Positions 18,751 through 27,416 of a stretch of 32,000 nt of DNA are shown here, piece by piece. The stretch's first letter is position 1, and each line of letters begins with the position of its first letter. The DNA is taken from assembly GCF_000039765.1 (NCBI RefSeq), contig NC_004459.3, positions 2,241,127 to 2,273,126 on the forward strand, given 5' to 3'. The notes beneath the pieces are model-generated. The model did no database searches. It saw only the letters and a program-made list of their open reading frames with translations, and had not been told where the DNA came from. This DNA comes from Vibrio vulnificus CMCP6 (GTDB taxonomy: Bacteria; Pseudomonadota; Gammaproteobacteria; Enterobacterales; Vibrionaceae). The position numbers and the translations under genes were made by a program.

Positions 18751-20634
18751 CTACTTAAAATGGCTGGAGGCTTGGTAACGAAACTTCAGGAAATTCTGCG
18801 CGTTACTCAAAATCTGAAACGCATCTTTTAACGTTCGGCGTTCAAAGTCGGACAGGTTTTCAGGCTCAATATTGTTGTCGGGTTCATTGTCATTTTCGAC
18901 ATCAATGGCTTGATGGCGGATGCGCACCATGGAGATGAACTCCAAGGCATCTTTAAGATTTTGCGCACGACCTTTAGGCAATATGCCCGCATCGATGATG
19001 TCATCAAGACGTTCAAAGGAGTTTTTCGCCGTTGAACCGACGGCAAGCGCGTGCACACGAATCAAATCGGCCAAAGGTGCGGTACCTCGACGTTTTAAGT
19101 TGATCGAGTTGTTATGTCGACCGTCTTTTTCCATCACAAAATCTTTGAAAAATCCCAACGGTGGTGTGCGATTCAAGGCGTTTCTTGCTAAACAAGCCAA
19201 AAAGCGTGGATTGCCTTTGGCACGTTTGACGACAAACTCGGTCAGTTGGTCTGCCCATGCGACTTGGCCGGAAACTCCATCAAGGTCAAAGAAAATCGAC
19301 GCGTTGAGCAGCGCTTTGGGATTAGGATCGTCAATCCAATCGGCAAAGCAATCTCGCCATTGGGCCTTAGTCATACGCCAGATCGGATTCGTAGCCATAA
19401 TATCACCAGTGCAATACTGATAGCCGCATTCATTGAGCGCATCACAGACGATATGAGCCAGTTGTTCAAAGTATTGACCGTGCACGCTTTCTTGATAGCT
19501 GTCATCCAAAATAATCGCATTATCTTGATCGGTCACCAGCAGTTGCTCGTCCCGTCCCATCGACCCCAGCGCCAAAAAACAGTATCGGATGGGGGGAGGC
19601 CCCAATTCTTCCTCAGCCAGTTCGATAATGCGCTGCTTAAAGCTTCGTCCAATCACCGACATCGCACTGCCGACCATATGTGAGTTGGCATCCTCATTGA
19701 CCAAACGCACGAAACTGGCTTTGACCTCTTGAGCGATTTGGGCCAAGCCTTCAAAACTTTGCTGTTGGAATATTCGGCTAACGAGCAGCAGAGAGTTTTG
19801 CGATTCATAACGGACAATGTCGGTGGCTTCAATAATGCCCAGCAGTCGGTTGCCTTGCAAAATGGGTAAGTGATGAACGTTATGGCGTAACATCGTGAGC
19901 ATCGCTTCATAGACGTAGGCATTGTGATCCAATCGAATCACCTGTGGCGTCATAACCGATGCCACGGGTTCATTGGGGGATTTTCCTTGAGCCACAACAC
20001 GAGTGCACAAATCTCGGTCGGTAACGATGCCTGCGATAGGATCACGGTTTTCTTCATCGGCTGTTTGTAACACCAAAAGCGAAGAGACTTGTTCATCGGC
20101 CATTCTTTGTGCTGCGGTTTGAATGGTCGCGCTGGCGTCAATGGTGGGGGCGGTCCGAGTGAGTAGGGTGCGCACTTTGGAGGTGGTGAGATCATTGGCC
20201 TCATTTACCCCTTTCACCGCTTGGCGAAGTCGTGTGGTTTGTTCCACTTCCACAAAGTCAGCGAAGCAATCGTGCTGTTCATACAACTGCTGAAATATCG
20301 CTTCAGGAATGGTGTACACCAAGCAATCTTTGATTGCCGTTACGGGGAAGCGCACACGGTTATTGGTCAACAGGCCCATTTGCCCAAACAGCGCCCCCTC
20401 ATCGAGACGGTTATAGAGTTCGCCATTTCGGCGGTACACTTCCACCACACCGCTTCTGACCAGAAACAGTTCGTGGATCTCGTCACCCGCGTTAATGATG
20501 GGGTTTTGGCTGCGGTAGTAGCCAATCTCGATGTGATGGGCGACGTGCTCCAATGTTTCATGAGGCAGTTCGCTGAAGGGAGAGTGAAGGGAAAGAAAGT
20601 GAAGAATGTCGCTTAATTCTGCTTCCATAATCAA
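18751..20634 (-). CDS. Cyclic-nucleotide-binding / tandem CBS / DUF294-type putative nucleotidyltransferase
   Basis: 627 aa. The N-terminal cNMP-binding-like beta-roll is GDEIHELFLVRSGVVEV…GALFGQMGLL. Two CBS motifs follow (IAGIVTDRDL and LLGIIEATDIV). The Pol-beta NTase signature is GSMGRDEQLLVTDQDNAII (19522-19566), followed by a helical C-terminal substrate-binding-like domain. Confidence 0.82.
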   Translation of the reverse strand: MIMEAELSDILHFLSLHSPFSELPHETLEHVAHHIEIGYYRSQNPIINAGDEIHELFLVRSGVVEVYRRNGELYNRLDEGALFGQMGLLTNNRVRFPVTAIKDCLVYTIPEAIFQQLYEQHDCFADFVEVEQTTRLRQAVKGVNEANDLTTSKVRTLLTRTAPTIDASATIQTAAQRMADEQVSSLLVLQTADEENRDPIAGIVTDRDLCTRVVAQGKSPNEPVASVMTPQVIRLDHNAYVYEAMLTMLRHNVHHLPILQGNRLLGIIEATDIVRYESQNSLLLVSRIFQQQSFEGLAQIAQEVKASFVRLVNEDANSHMVGSAMSVIGRSFKQRIIELAEEELGPPPIRYCFLALGSMGRDEQLLVTDQDNAIILDDSYQESVHGQYFEQLAHIVCDALNECGYQYCTGDIMATNPIWRMTKAQWRDCFADWIDDPNPKALLNASIFFDLDGVSGQVAWADQLTEFVVKRAKGNPRFLACLARNALNRTPPLGFFKDFVMEKDGRHNNSINLKRRGTAPLADLIRVHALAVGSTAKNSFERLDDIIDAGILPKGRAQNLKDALEFISMVRIRHQAIDVENDNEPDNNIEPENLSDFERRTLKDAFQILSNAQNFLKFRYQASSHFK

Positions 20635-20814
20635 ACCTTTTGGGTTTTGAGCCTATGGTGACCCGTTGTACGCATAAGCACTCCATGGTAGCGCAATTGT
20701 GCTTTGAGCTAAATGCAATGAGCCAAATTTCTCGGAAAATGAGCCACTTCGCGTATTTCATTGTCGATATCGTCTACGCTTAGTTTAGATAAACGCCAAG
20801 GAAAGAGGTTGAAT

Positions 20815-21447
20815 ATGATAAAACGCGGTTGGTTTGTCATCCCCATATTATGTTCGATGAGCAGTGTCGCGGAGGAAGCCAATGTGCCAGCTTCTACGCA
20901 AGCGGCATACAACAGCATCGCATTATGGGTCGGCTCTGGTACGACCAATCAGGATTGGTTAGAAGGGTCGAACGCATCATTTTTTGAAGTGGAAGGCGGA
21001 CATCTCTATTCCTCGAATGTGCTGGTAAATATGAACTATTCCGCACAATTCTTTCACCCAGACTCTTATACCGTCAGAGTGGATAGAGCACTGCTTTCCG
21101 CCGGGTATCGCTACGCACTGCACGAAAAACTCGATGTCTATGCCTTTTATGGCTTGGGAGGATTTCGAGAAGAAGAACGACAAAAAAGTACAGATACCAA
21201 ATTAAACTCAGAGAAAGGTCTGTTACGCGGTGGCAAAGTGGGTTTTTACTATTTCGCGACGGATAAATTGAGTGTGCAAATTGAAGGCGAGTTCACGCGT
21301 AGCGATTGGGTTGATGAAGATAATGCCAAGCTCTCAGTGGCGTATCAGTGGGGAGAGCGATTCGGTAGTAGCGCTTTTTACAAATACCGAGATGCGGGCA
21401 AAGACTACATCAATGAAGCAGGCATCTCCCTTAAGTGGGTTTATTAG
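20815..21447 (+). CDS. Small outer-membrane beta-barrel protein (OmpA-like/OMP_b-brl type), function unknown
   Basis: The start at ATG 20815 (MIKRGWFVIPILCSMSSVAEE) is preceded by AAGAGG. It has a signal peptide, alternating amphipathic beta-strand pattern and an aromatic C-terminus (ISLKWVY) typical of BAM substrates. The track start at 20761 lacks an RBS. Confidence 0.7.
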   Translation: MIKRGWFVIPILCSMSSVAEEANVPASTQAAYNSIALWVGSGTTNQDWLEGSNASFFEVEGGHLYSSNVLVNMNYSAQFFHPDSYTVRVDRALLSAGYRYALHEKLDVYAFYGLGGFREEERQKSTDTKLNSEKGLLRGGKVGFYYFATDKLSVQIEGEFTRSDWVDEDNAKLSVAYQWGERFGSSAFYKYRDAGKDYINEAGISLKWVY

Positions 21448-21463
21448 CGTAAGCGTTCACAAA

Positions 21464-21494
21464 CAAAAAAGGCCGTTTGAACGGCCTTTTTATT
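21464..21494. terminator. Bidirectional terminator between the OMP gene and aspC
   Basis: aaaaaggccgt-ttga-acggccttttt, a perfect 11-bp stem including the A/T runs. Confidence 0.88.
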
Positions 21495-21507
21495 ATCATC
21501 TTGCGAA

Positions 21508-22698
21508 TTACAGTACCGCAGCGATGGCTTTACAAAGCGGACCCATGTTGGATTTGGTCATGCCCGCAACGCTGATGCGACCAGAACCGACGATGTAGAT
21601 CGCAAACTCTTCTTTTAGGCGAGCCACTTGATCTTTGTTCAAGCCAGAGAAAGAGAACATGCCGTTTTGACGTTGGATAAAGCTAAAGTCAGCCGCAACG
21701 CCTTCTTCTTTCAGTGTCGTAACAAAAAGTTCGCGCATCTCTTGGATGCGATCGCGCATCTCTGCCACTTCCGCTTCCCACTCTGCACGAAGCGCGGCAT
21801 CGTTAAGGATGTGAGTCACTACCGCACTGCCGTGCGCTGGTGGGTTTGAGTAGATAGAGCGAATGATCGCTTTCACTTGTGAGAATGCCGTTTCTGCGAT
21901 CTCTTGGCTTTCAGCCACTAACGTGAATGCGCCTACACGCTCGTTGTACAGACCAAAGTTTTTCGAGAATGAACTTGCTACGAGGATCTCTTTGTTGAAT
22001 TTAGCGAAGGTACGTAGGCCTTGCGCATCTTCTTCAACACCTTTCGCGAAACCTTGGTAGGCAAAGTCAAATAGTGGAAGTAGGCCCTTGTCGGCAACCA
22101 GTTTAGCAAGCGCTTCCCACTCTTGTGCCGTTGGGTCGATGCCTGTTGGGTTATGGCAACATCCGTGCAGCAGTACCACATCACCAGCGGACGCTTTTTC
22201 AAGGTCGGCCAGCATAGCGGCAAAGTCTTTGTCTTTGGTTTCTGGGTTGTAGTAAGCGTACTCAACCGTTTCTAGGCCTGCTGCGCGGAACACACCATGG
22301 TGGTTAGCCCAAGTTGGGTTGCTGATCCAGATTTTTACATCGCCGAGTTGGCGTTTGATGAATTCGCCTGCAACGCGCAGTGCGCCAGTACCGCCAGGTG
22401 CTTGTGCTGTTTTTGCACGTTGCGCATTGATTAGCTCAGCATCCGCACCAAACAGTAGTTTTTGAACCGCTAATGCGTATTCTGCTGTTCCTTCGATGGT
22501 TAGGTAAGATTTGGTTTTCTCGGTTTCAACAAGCGCTGCTTCCGCTTTCTTTACCGTAGCAAGAACAGGAGTTTCACCTTGTTCTGTTTTGTAGATACCC
22601 ACGCCAAGGTTAATTTTTTCTGCGCGAGGGTCTTTTTTGAATTCTTCAGTTAGGCCAAGAATCGGGTCCGCGGGAGCGGCAACTACTTTTTCAAACAT
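21508..22698 (-). CDS. aspC: Aspartate aminotransferase
   Basis: Collinear with E. coli AspC from [16 protein letters not shown]. It includes [31 protein letters not shown] (the PLP lysine) and SNPPAHG. A start at 22698 gives 396 aa as in E. coli; the track start at 22707 adds MKI. Confidence 0.95.
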   Translation of the reverse strand: MFEKVVAAPADPILGLTEEFKKDPRAEKINLGVGIYKTEQGETPVLATVKKAEAALVETEKTKSYLTIEGTAEYALAVQKLLFGADAELINAQRAKTAQAPGGTGALRVAGEFIKRQLGDVKIWISNPTWANHHGVFRAAGLETVEYAYYNPETKDKDFAAMLADLEKASAGDVVLLHGCCHNPTGIDPTAQEWEALAKLVADKGLLPLFDFAYQGFAKGVEEDAQGLRTFAKFNKEILVASSFSKNFGLYNERVGAFTLVAESQEIAETAFSQVKAIIRSIYSNPPAHGSAVVTHILNDAALRAEWEAEVAEMRDRIQEMRELFVTTLKEEGVAADFSFIQRQNGMFSFSGLNKDQVARLKEEFAIYIVGSGRISVAGMTKSNMGPLCKAIAAVL

Positions 22699-22952
22699 AA
22701 TCTTCATCCATGTTAAATCGAAGGGGGTAGGTCTGTTTATGTTTCAGGGCCCAGCGAGACCATGAAACATAATCAGGCATTCACATAACAGCATTAAGCC
22801 TAACCGATAAACATTGAGGCGAAAGGATGAGCCAATCGCAACCGTCTATTTATACCTTCGAGACATAGCGGACACAACAGTTTGTAAGTAGAAAAGTTAA
22901 AAAAAATTTGATTTGAAACAGAAGTGCTAATGAATTGCGAGTTTTGCTAATA

Positions 22953-22988
22953 AAACACCCCAAAACCGCGGGGGAAATTGGGGTGTTA
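22953..22988 (-). terminator. Possible terminator of the HD-GYP gene
   Basis: aacacccca … tggggtgtt (9-bp stem, long 16-nt loop) followed on the minus strand by ttatt. The geometry is weak. Confidence 0.35.
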
Positions 22989-23004
22989 ACATGATGTTAG
23001 AGGT

Positions 23005-24459
23005 CTAATGAGTTGCGGAGTCTTGATATTGTGCTGCAATACGACAAAACTGTGCTTCTACCGCTAAAAAGGCGTCGACCACTTGAGGGTCAAAATGCTT
23101 TCCTTTGCCATCAAGAATGATCTCTTTGGCTTTATCATGACTAAACGCCGGTTTGTATACACGCTTAGAAATCAGCGCATCGTAGACGTCGGCGAGCGCC
23201 ATTAATCGCCCAGATAATGGAATCGCTTCGCCAGCCAGTTGATTGGGATAACCAGAACCGTCCCATTTTTCATGGTGAGAGAGGGATATCTCTTTAGCCA
23301 CTCGTAAAAAAGAACTAGAGCCCATGCGTTTTTCAGCAATCGAGAGGGCATCAGCGCCAATTTGTGGGTGACCTTTCATGATGTCAAATTCTTCGTCAGT
23401 TAATTTGCCTGGCTTGAGCAGCACACTGTCGGGGATACCGACTTTTCCCACATCGTGGAGGGGGGCGGATTTATAGAGTAAATCGATGTAAGTTGGCGTC
23501 AGCAGAGAAACGTGTTGTGGGTCTTGGGCTAAATGCTCTGCCAATGCCTTAACGTATTCCTGCGTGCGAATAATGTGGGCACCCGTTTCGTTGTCGCGCG
23601 ATTCGGCGAGCGCAGCGAGACTGACGATGGCCACATCTCGAGTGGTTTTTACCTCATCTTGCGATGCTTGCAGGCTATCCAACATTTTGTTGGTGAGCGC
23701 CGCCATTGAACCCAATTCATCATGCTCGAAAACAGCCAGACGGCATCCTATTGCACCATTGGTCACTTCTTGTAGGGAATGTTCTTGTCGCAACAAAATC
23801 TTTTTCATGAGTTTCGACCACAAGAGGAGAATGGCTAGGACATACCCACCTAGTACTACGCCTAAATAGATGAACTCTTTAATGATGCTGATCTTGCCAC
23901 TGCCATCGAGTAATCTCTCTGGGTTGTGCTCCAGCCAAAAAATGTCTTTCACCGCCACCATGGTCAGCATGGTGGTCAACGCGATGATAAGCAGCGTCAT
24001 CATCAAAATGAGCTGTTTGATAATCGATTGTCGCTCGCCACTCAGTGTATCTTGGCGGGTGGCATTTTCCTCAAGAAGCTCAAAGCGAAGTAATTTGGCT
24101 TTGAGTTGCAGGATCAATCCAGTAAAAAAGCCAAACAACGTCATACCAAACAGCACTTTTAAGTTGCTATCAATGGTGAAGTCATATTGGCTGTTGTAGT
24201 AGTAGGCAAGAGGTAAGCTGCCGATAAAAAACAACACGGTATCGAGCTGCGCGTGTTTTTGCTCGCGGACCCATCGATGTTGAGAAAAGAAAAAGTGTCG
24301 TACAGCAAAGACAGCAAGAAAAGTAATAGAAACGTGCACCAGCACTTCTAGCGGTGACAGCGTTGCCAGCATAGGACAAACGCGACCGCCATAAGTACCA
24401 AAAACGATGGCGGCAAGCGCATAGAGTTTGAAAGTTAATGGCGCGTTGTAATGAGACAT
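23005..24459 (-). CDS. Membrane-anchored HD-GYP domain c-di-GMP phosphodiesterase with HAMP linker
   Basis: The HD-GYP catalytic motifs are HDVGKVGIP and HHEKWDGSGYP. The N-terminal half has several TM helices followed by a HAMP-like segment. The start at ATG 24459 (MSHYNAPL) is preferred; the track start at 24534 adds 25 basic, non-membrane residues. Confidence 0.88.
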   Translation of the reverse strand: MSHYNAPLTFKLYALAAIVFGTYGGRVCPMLATLSPLEVLVHVSITFLAVFAVRHFFFSQHRWVREQKHAQLDTVLFFIGSLPLAYYYNSQYDFTIDSNLKVLFGMTLFGFFTGLILQLKAKLLRFELLEENATRQDTLSGERQSIIKQLILMMTLLIIALTTMLTMVAVKDIFWLEHNPERLLDGSGKISIIKEFIYLGVVLGGYVLAILLLWSKLMKKILLRQEHSLQEVTNGAIGCRLAVFEHDELGSMAALTNKMLDSLQASQDEVKTTRDVAIVSLAALAESRDNETGAHIIRTQEYVKALAEHLAQDPQHVSLLTPTYIDLLYKSAPLHDVGKVGIPDSVLLKPGKLTDEEFDIMKGHPQIGADALSIAEKRMGSSSFLRVAKEISLSHHEKWDGSGYPNQLAGEAIPLSGRLMALADVYDALISKRVYKPAFSHDKAKEIILDGKGKHFDPQVVDAFLAVEAQFCRIAAQYQDSATH

Positions 24460-24695
24460 TGTGTAAGCCCTTGTTATTATCATTCGCAGCAAATGCGACT
24501 TGGCCAGTTCTCTGCTTGATTGAACCTTCAGCATTACGCTGATTGTTCAAAGAAAAGAACCTTCTTCTCACTTTAGTGTAGAAGAGTGCCTCGCATCAGC
24601 TTGGAATATTCAAGCAAGCAAAAACATTCTTGTTGCAAATAAAAGACCGAGCATTCTATGTTCTCATTGCAATAAAGGATACATTTTTACAACGA

Positions 24696-24730
24696 AAAAT
24701 AAAAAAAGCACCGACGATCATTCGGTGCTT
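24696..24730 (-). terminator. Rho-independent terminator after small-protein paralogue A
   Basis: Stem gcaccga-cgatcat-tcggtgc with A/T extensions, and on the minus strand a long T-run (tttttttattttt). Confidence 0.85.
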
Positions 24731-24758
24731 TATTCATTAGGTGATGTATCGAAAGCGT

Positions 24759-25058
24759 TTATTTCTTCAGGTTGATTTCTGATTCGATTGCGTTGGTTTC
24801 GATGTCAGGATTGTTTGCTAGTTTTTTCGCTGCCCAATCGTTCATATGTTTAAGAATCGCTTTCATCGCGTGTTTCTCTGTTGGCTGAGAACCCTCTTCT
24901 ACGTCTAGCTCTTGTTTTGGGTGTGAGCCAGTCGCGTCTTCCGCAATGTGCAACCAATCTGGATGCCAATAGTAAGGTTGGCCAGATGGGGCAGTCCAGC
25001 TATGGACGCCATTGGTTTCGCCTTTGTATTGAATGTCATCTGAGTTGTATTTTTTCAT
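24759..25058 (-). CDS. Small conserved hypothetical protein, paralogue A (99 aa, YYWHPDWLHIAEDA motif)
   Basis: The start ATG at 25058 (MKKYNSDD) has AAGAG 9 nt upstream. The protein is about 60% identical by eye over 74 residues to the neighbouring ORF. It has a terminator downstream. I do not recognise the family. Confidence 0.7.
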   Translation of the reverse strand: MKKYNSDDIQYKGETNGVHSWTAPSGQPYYWHPDWLHIAEDATGSHPKQELDVEEGSQPTEKHAMKAILKHMNDWAAKKLANNPDIETNAIESEINLKK

Positions 25059-25235
25059 TTTTATCATCTCTTGTTTTGCGACAGCTGTGCGCATAATCAC
25101 TATAAGCTGCGTAAATGTAACAGATGCGCGCAAAAATAACGTGAAGTGAATCTCGTTGCTATCGTGCGTCTTTTTGACAATCTGTTCTAGTTCTCATTTC
25201 GAACGATTGGCAAGCTCATTGCGATGGTAAGTAAG

Positions 25236-25466
25236 CTATTCACCGTTGAGATGTTTGACAATCGCTTCAGCGGCGTGTTGCTCTGTGGCGGTTTCACCAG
25301 CAGGCACGTCTAATTCGCGTTTGGGATACATACCTATAGCGTCTTCTGCAATATGGAGCCAGTCCGGATGCCAGTAGTAGGGGTTGTCGCCTTGAGGGTG
25401 ATCCCAGCTATGAACACCTTGATGCACGCCGTTATATGAAAGATCGTCTAATGTAAAAACTTTCAT
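25236..25466 (-). CDS. Small conserved hypothetical protein, paralogue B (76 aa, YYWHPDWLHIAEDA motif)
   Basis: The start ATG at 25466 (MKVFTLDD) is preceded by a strong AGGAGG RBS at 4 nt. It shares the invariant block PYYWHPDWLHIAEDA with paralogue A. The track ORF start at 25565 has no RBS. Confidence 0.75.
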   Translation of the reverse strand: MKVFTLDDLSYNGVHQGVHSWDHPQGDNPYYWHPDWLHIAEDAIGMYPKRELDVPAGETATEQHAAEAIVKHLNGE

Positions 25467-25626
25467 TGTTCCTCCTAAGAGATGCATGATTTCACTGACA
25501 GTATGGGACAAAAATGGCCAATTTGTAGCAAGAAATGTGACAACTAACTTTGAACAATTACTCATTGCGCAAATTCAGCTCAACAAACTGTGATATGGTT
25601 GCTCGGCTTCGTTTTATGAGGGATGT

Positions 25627-27033
25627 ATGAATCGTTATCGCCAACTGGCACAGTCGTTTAGACAGCAGATCGAAAGTAAAACTTGGAGAGCGGGAGAAAA
25701 ACTGCCTTCAGTGCGAATGGCTTGCAAGCATCATGGTGTCAGTGCGGGTACCGTGTTACAGGCGTATCAATTGCTTGAAGCGCAAGGGTGGGTTATTGCA
25801 AAGCCGCAATCGGGTTATTTTGTCACCTCTGATTTTCAACGACTCACGGCACCACGAGAACCGTCCGTGAGTGCGCTACCGTCATTTAGTGACGAGTTGT
25901 ATGACTTTCTGAAAGATCAAAGTGAGCGTCAGGCGGTGAAACTGGGTTCGGCTTTCCCCGATGTTCATCTTTTCCCCTTAGAAGCCCTCAATCGCAATTT
26001 AGCCAGTGCGGGGCGTAAGATGTCTGCGAATGATCTGCTCAACAACTTACCGCCAGGCAATGAAGCATTGAGACGCTTGATTGCACAGCGATATATCCAG
26101 CAAGGGATGGATTTGACCCATCACGACATCGTTATGACCTCGGGCGCAATGGAAGCGCTAAATCTGAGTTTGCAAGTGGTTACAAAACCAGGAGATACCA
26201 TCATCGTCGAATCTCCGTGTTTTTATGGCGCACTGCAAGCGGCTCAGCGGCTTGGGCTCAACATCATTGAAGTTGATGTTGATGAGTGTGATGGTCTGAA
26301 TCTTGAGCAGTTCGAGCACGTGCTTGCTAACAATGAAGTCAAAGCGTGTTGGTTGATGAGTAACTTCCAAAATCCAACAGGCGTGACATTGAGCGAGCAA
26401 AAGAAGCAAGCGGTGGTCGAGCTCGTTCATCGTTATCAGCTTTACTTAATTGAGGACGATGTTTACTCCGAGCTCTACTATTCACAAGATAAGCCCAGCT
26501 CGTTTAAAACCTATGATCGGGAAGATTGTGTATTGCATTGTGGTTCACTGTCGAAAAGCTTGTGCCCCGGTTATCGGCTTGGTTGGGTCGTGACAAGGCG
26601 TTTTAACCATGCAATCCAAAAGTTGCAGCTGACTTCTACGTTATCGGGCAGTGCACCGATACAACAAGGCGTTGCGTATTACTTGCAAAACGATGGCTAT
26701 GATAAACATCTGCGCAAGTTGCGTAGCACGCTAAAACAACGACAGCAATGGATGATGAACGAACTCAGGCGACAATTGCCTGATACGGTGCAATTTTCAT
26801 CGCCGACGGGTGGCTATTTTTTATGGCTTAAACTGCCTGAATCTATTCAAGCGCATCAGGTGTACACACATCTGAAGCAGCAGGGTGTGCTATCGGCTTA
26901 TGGCGGTTTATTTAGCCAAACAAAGCGATTTGAGCATTATTTACGTATCAATTGCTCATTGCCGGAAAGTGATGACCTTGTGCAAGCAATCCGATGTTTG
27001 GCGGTGACGATTAACCGTCTCGCAACTGATTAG
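25627..27033 (+). CDS. MocR/GabR-type GntR-family regulator with a PLP-dependent aminotransferase-fold effector domain
   Basis: 468 aa. The N-terminal GntR wHTH (GEKLPSVRMACKHHGVSAGTVLQAYQLLEAQGWV) is joined by a long linker to a class-I aminotransferase-like domain with the PLP-lysine motif GSLSKSL and NPTG. Confidence 0.9.
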   Translation: MNRYRQLAQSFRQQIESKTWRAGEKLPSVRMACKHHGVSAGTVLQAYQLLEAQGWVIAKPQSGYFVTSDFQRLTAPREPSVSALPSFSDELYDFLKDQSERQAVKLGSAFPDVHLFPLEALNRNLASAGRKMSANDLLNNLPPGNEALRRLIAQRYIQQGMDLTHHDIVMTSGAMEALNLSLQVVTKPGDTIIVESPCFYGALQAAQRLGLNIIEVDVDECDGLNLEQFEHVLANNEVKACWLMSNFQNPTGVTLSEQKKQAVVELVHRYQLYLIEDDVYSELYYSQDKPSSFKTYDREDCVLHCGSLSKSLCPGYRLGWVVTRRFNHAIQKLQLTSTLSGSAPIQQGVAYYLQNDGYDKHLRKLRSTLKQRQQWMMNELRRQLPDTVQFSSPTGGYFLWLKLPESIQAHQVYTHLKQQGVLSAYGGLFSQTKRFEHYLRINCSLPESDDLVQAIRCLAVTINRLATD

Positions 27034-27115
27034 GGATTTTTCCACACAACTGTGCCTGTAGAGAGAAGCGACGGTGTGATTCAATAAAACTCCCTGACAA
27101 AAGGAGTGATGATGG

Positions 27116-27349
27116 ATGGCAACTGAGCGGAGCAAACAACCGGCAAAACAAGAAATTAAACTGATGATTGTCGCTATTTTTAGTGCCTTTTTATTGGTGT
27201 TTGCACACCTGATACTAGCGAAATCTTTTTCACAGCTATTTTGGACTGAATACACTGCGGCAATCATTCCATTTTTCATGCTTGGCTTGTGCTTACTAGG
27301 CGTGAGGTATGCCTTGAATGCGGATATCGAAAATGATGCGCAAGAGTAA
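27116..27349 (+). CDS. Hypothetical small membrane protein (77 aa, two predicted TM helices)
   Basis: An AAGGAG RBS lies 9 nt upstream of the ATG. There are two hydrophobic segments (LMIVAIFSAFLLVFAHLILA and AAIIPFFMLGLCLLGV) and a terminator immediately downstream. There is no homology evidence. Confidence 0.5.
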   Translation: MATERSKQPAKQEIKLMIVAIFSAFLLVFAHLILAKSFSQLFWTEYTAAIIPFFMLGLCLLGVRYALNADIENDAQE

Positions 27350-27360
27350 TATTGCCTTAA

Positions 27361-27393
27361 AAAACAAAAGCCTCCGACTTGGGAGGCTTTTTC
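27361..27393. terminator. Bidirectional terminator between the small membrane ORF and asnS
   Basis: agcctcc-gacttg-ggaggct flanked by an A-rich run upstream and T5 downstream. Confidence 0.88.
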
Positions 27394-27416
27394 ATTTCAA
27401 CGACAATTCTAAAAGA

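Noticed and set aside
8208-20948. Numerous 60-166-aa ORFs nested in the TRAP, kinase, regulator, BCCT, MCP, exonuclease and DUF294 genes (for example 8703-9074-, 12626-13078-, 14898-15233-, 17017-17457-, 18920-19420+, 19246-19683+, 20221-20616+)
   Set aside because: Each is fully contained in a longer ORF with clear family signatures, on the opposite strand or in another frame. None has start signals or a recognisable motif.
23564-24571. ORFs antisense to, or extending, the HD-GYP gene (23564-23869+, 23870-24199+, 24182-24571-)
   Set aside because: These are shadows of a gene with unmistakable HD-GYP motifs. The 24182-24571 ORF is an alternative frame over its N-terminal TM region.
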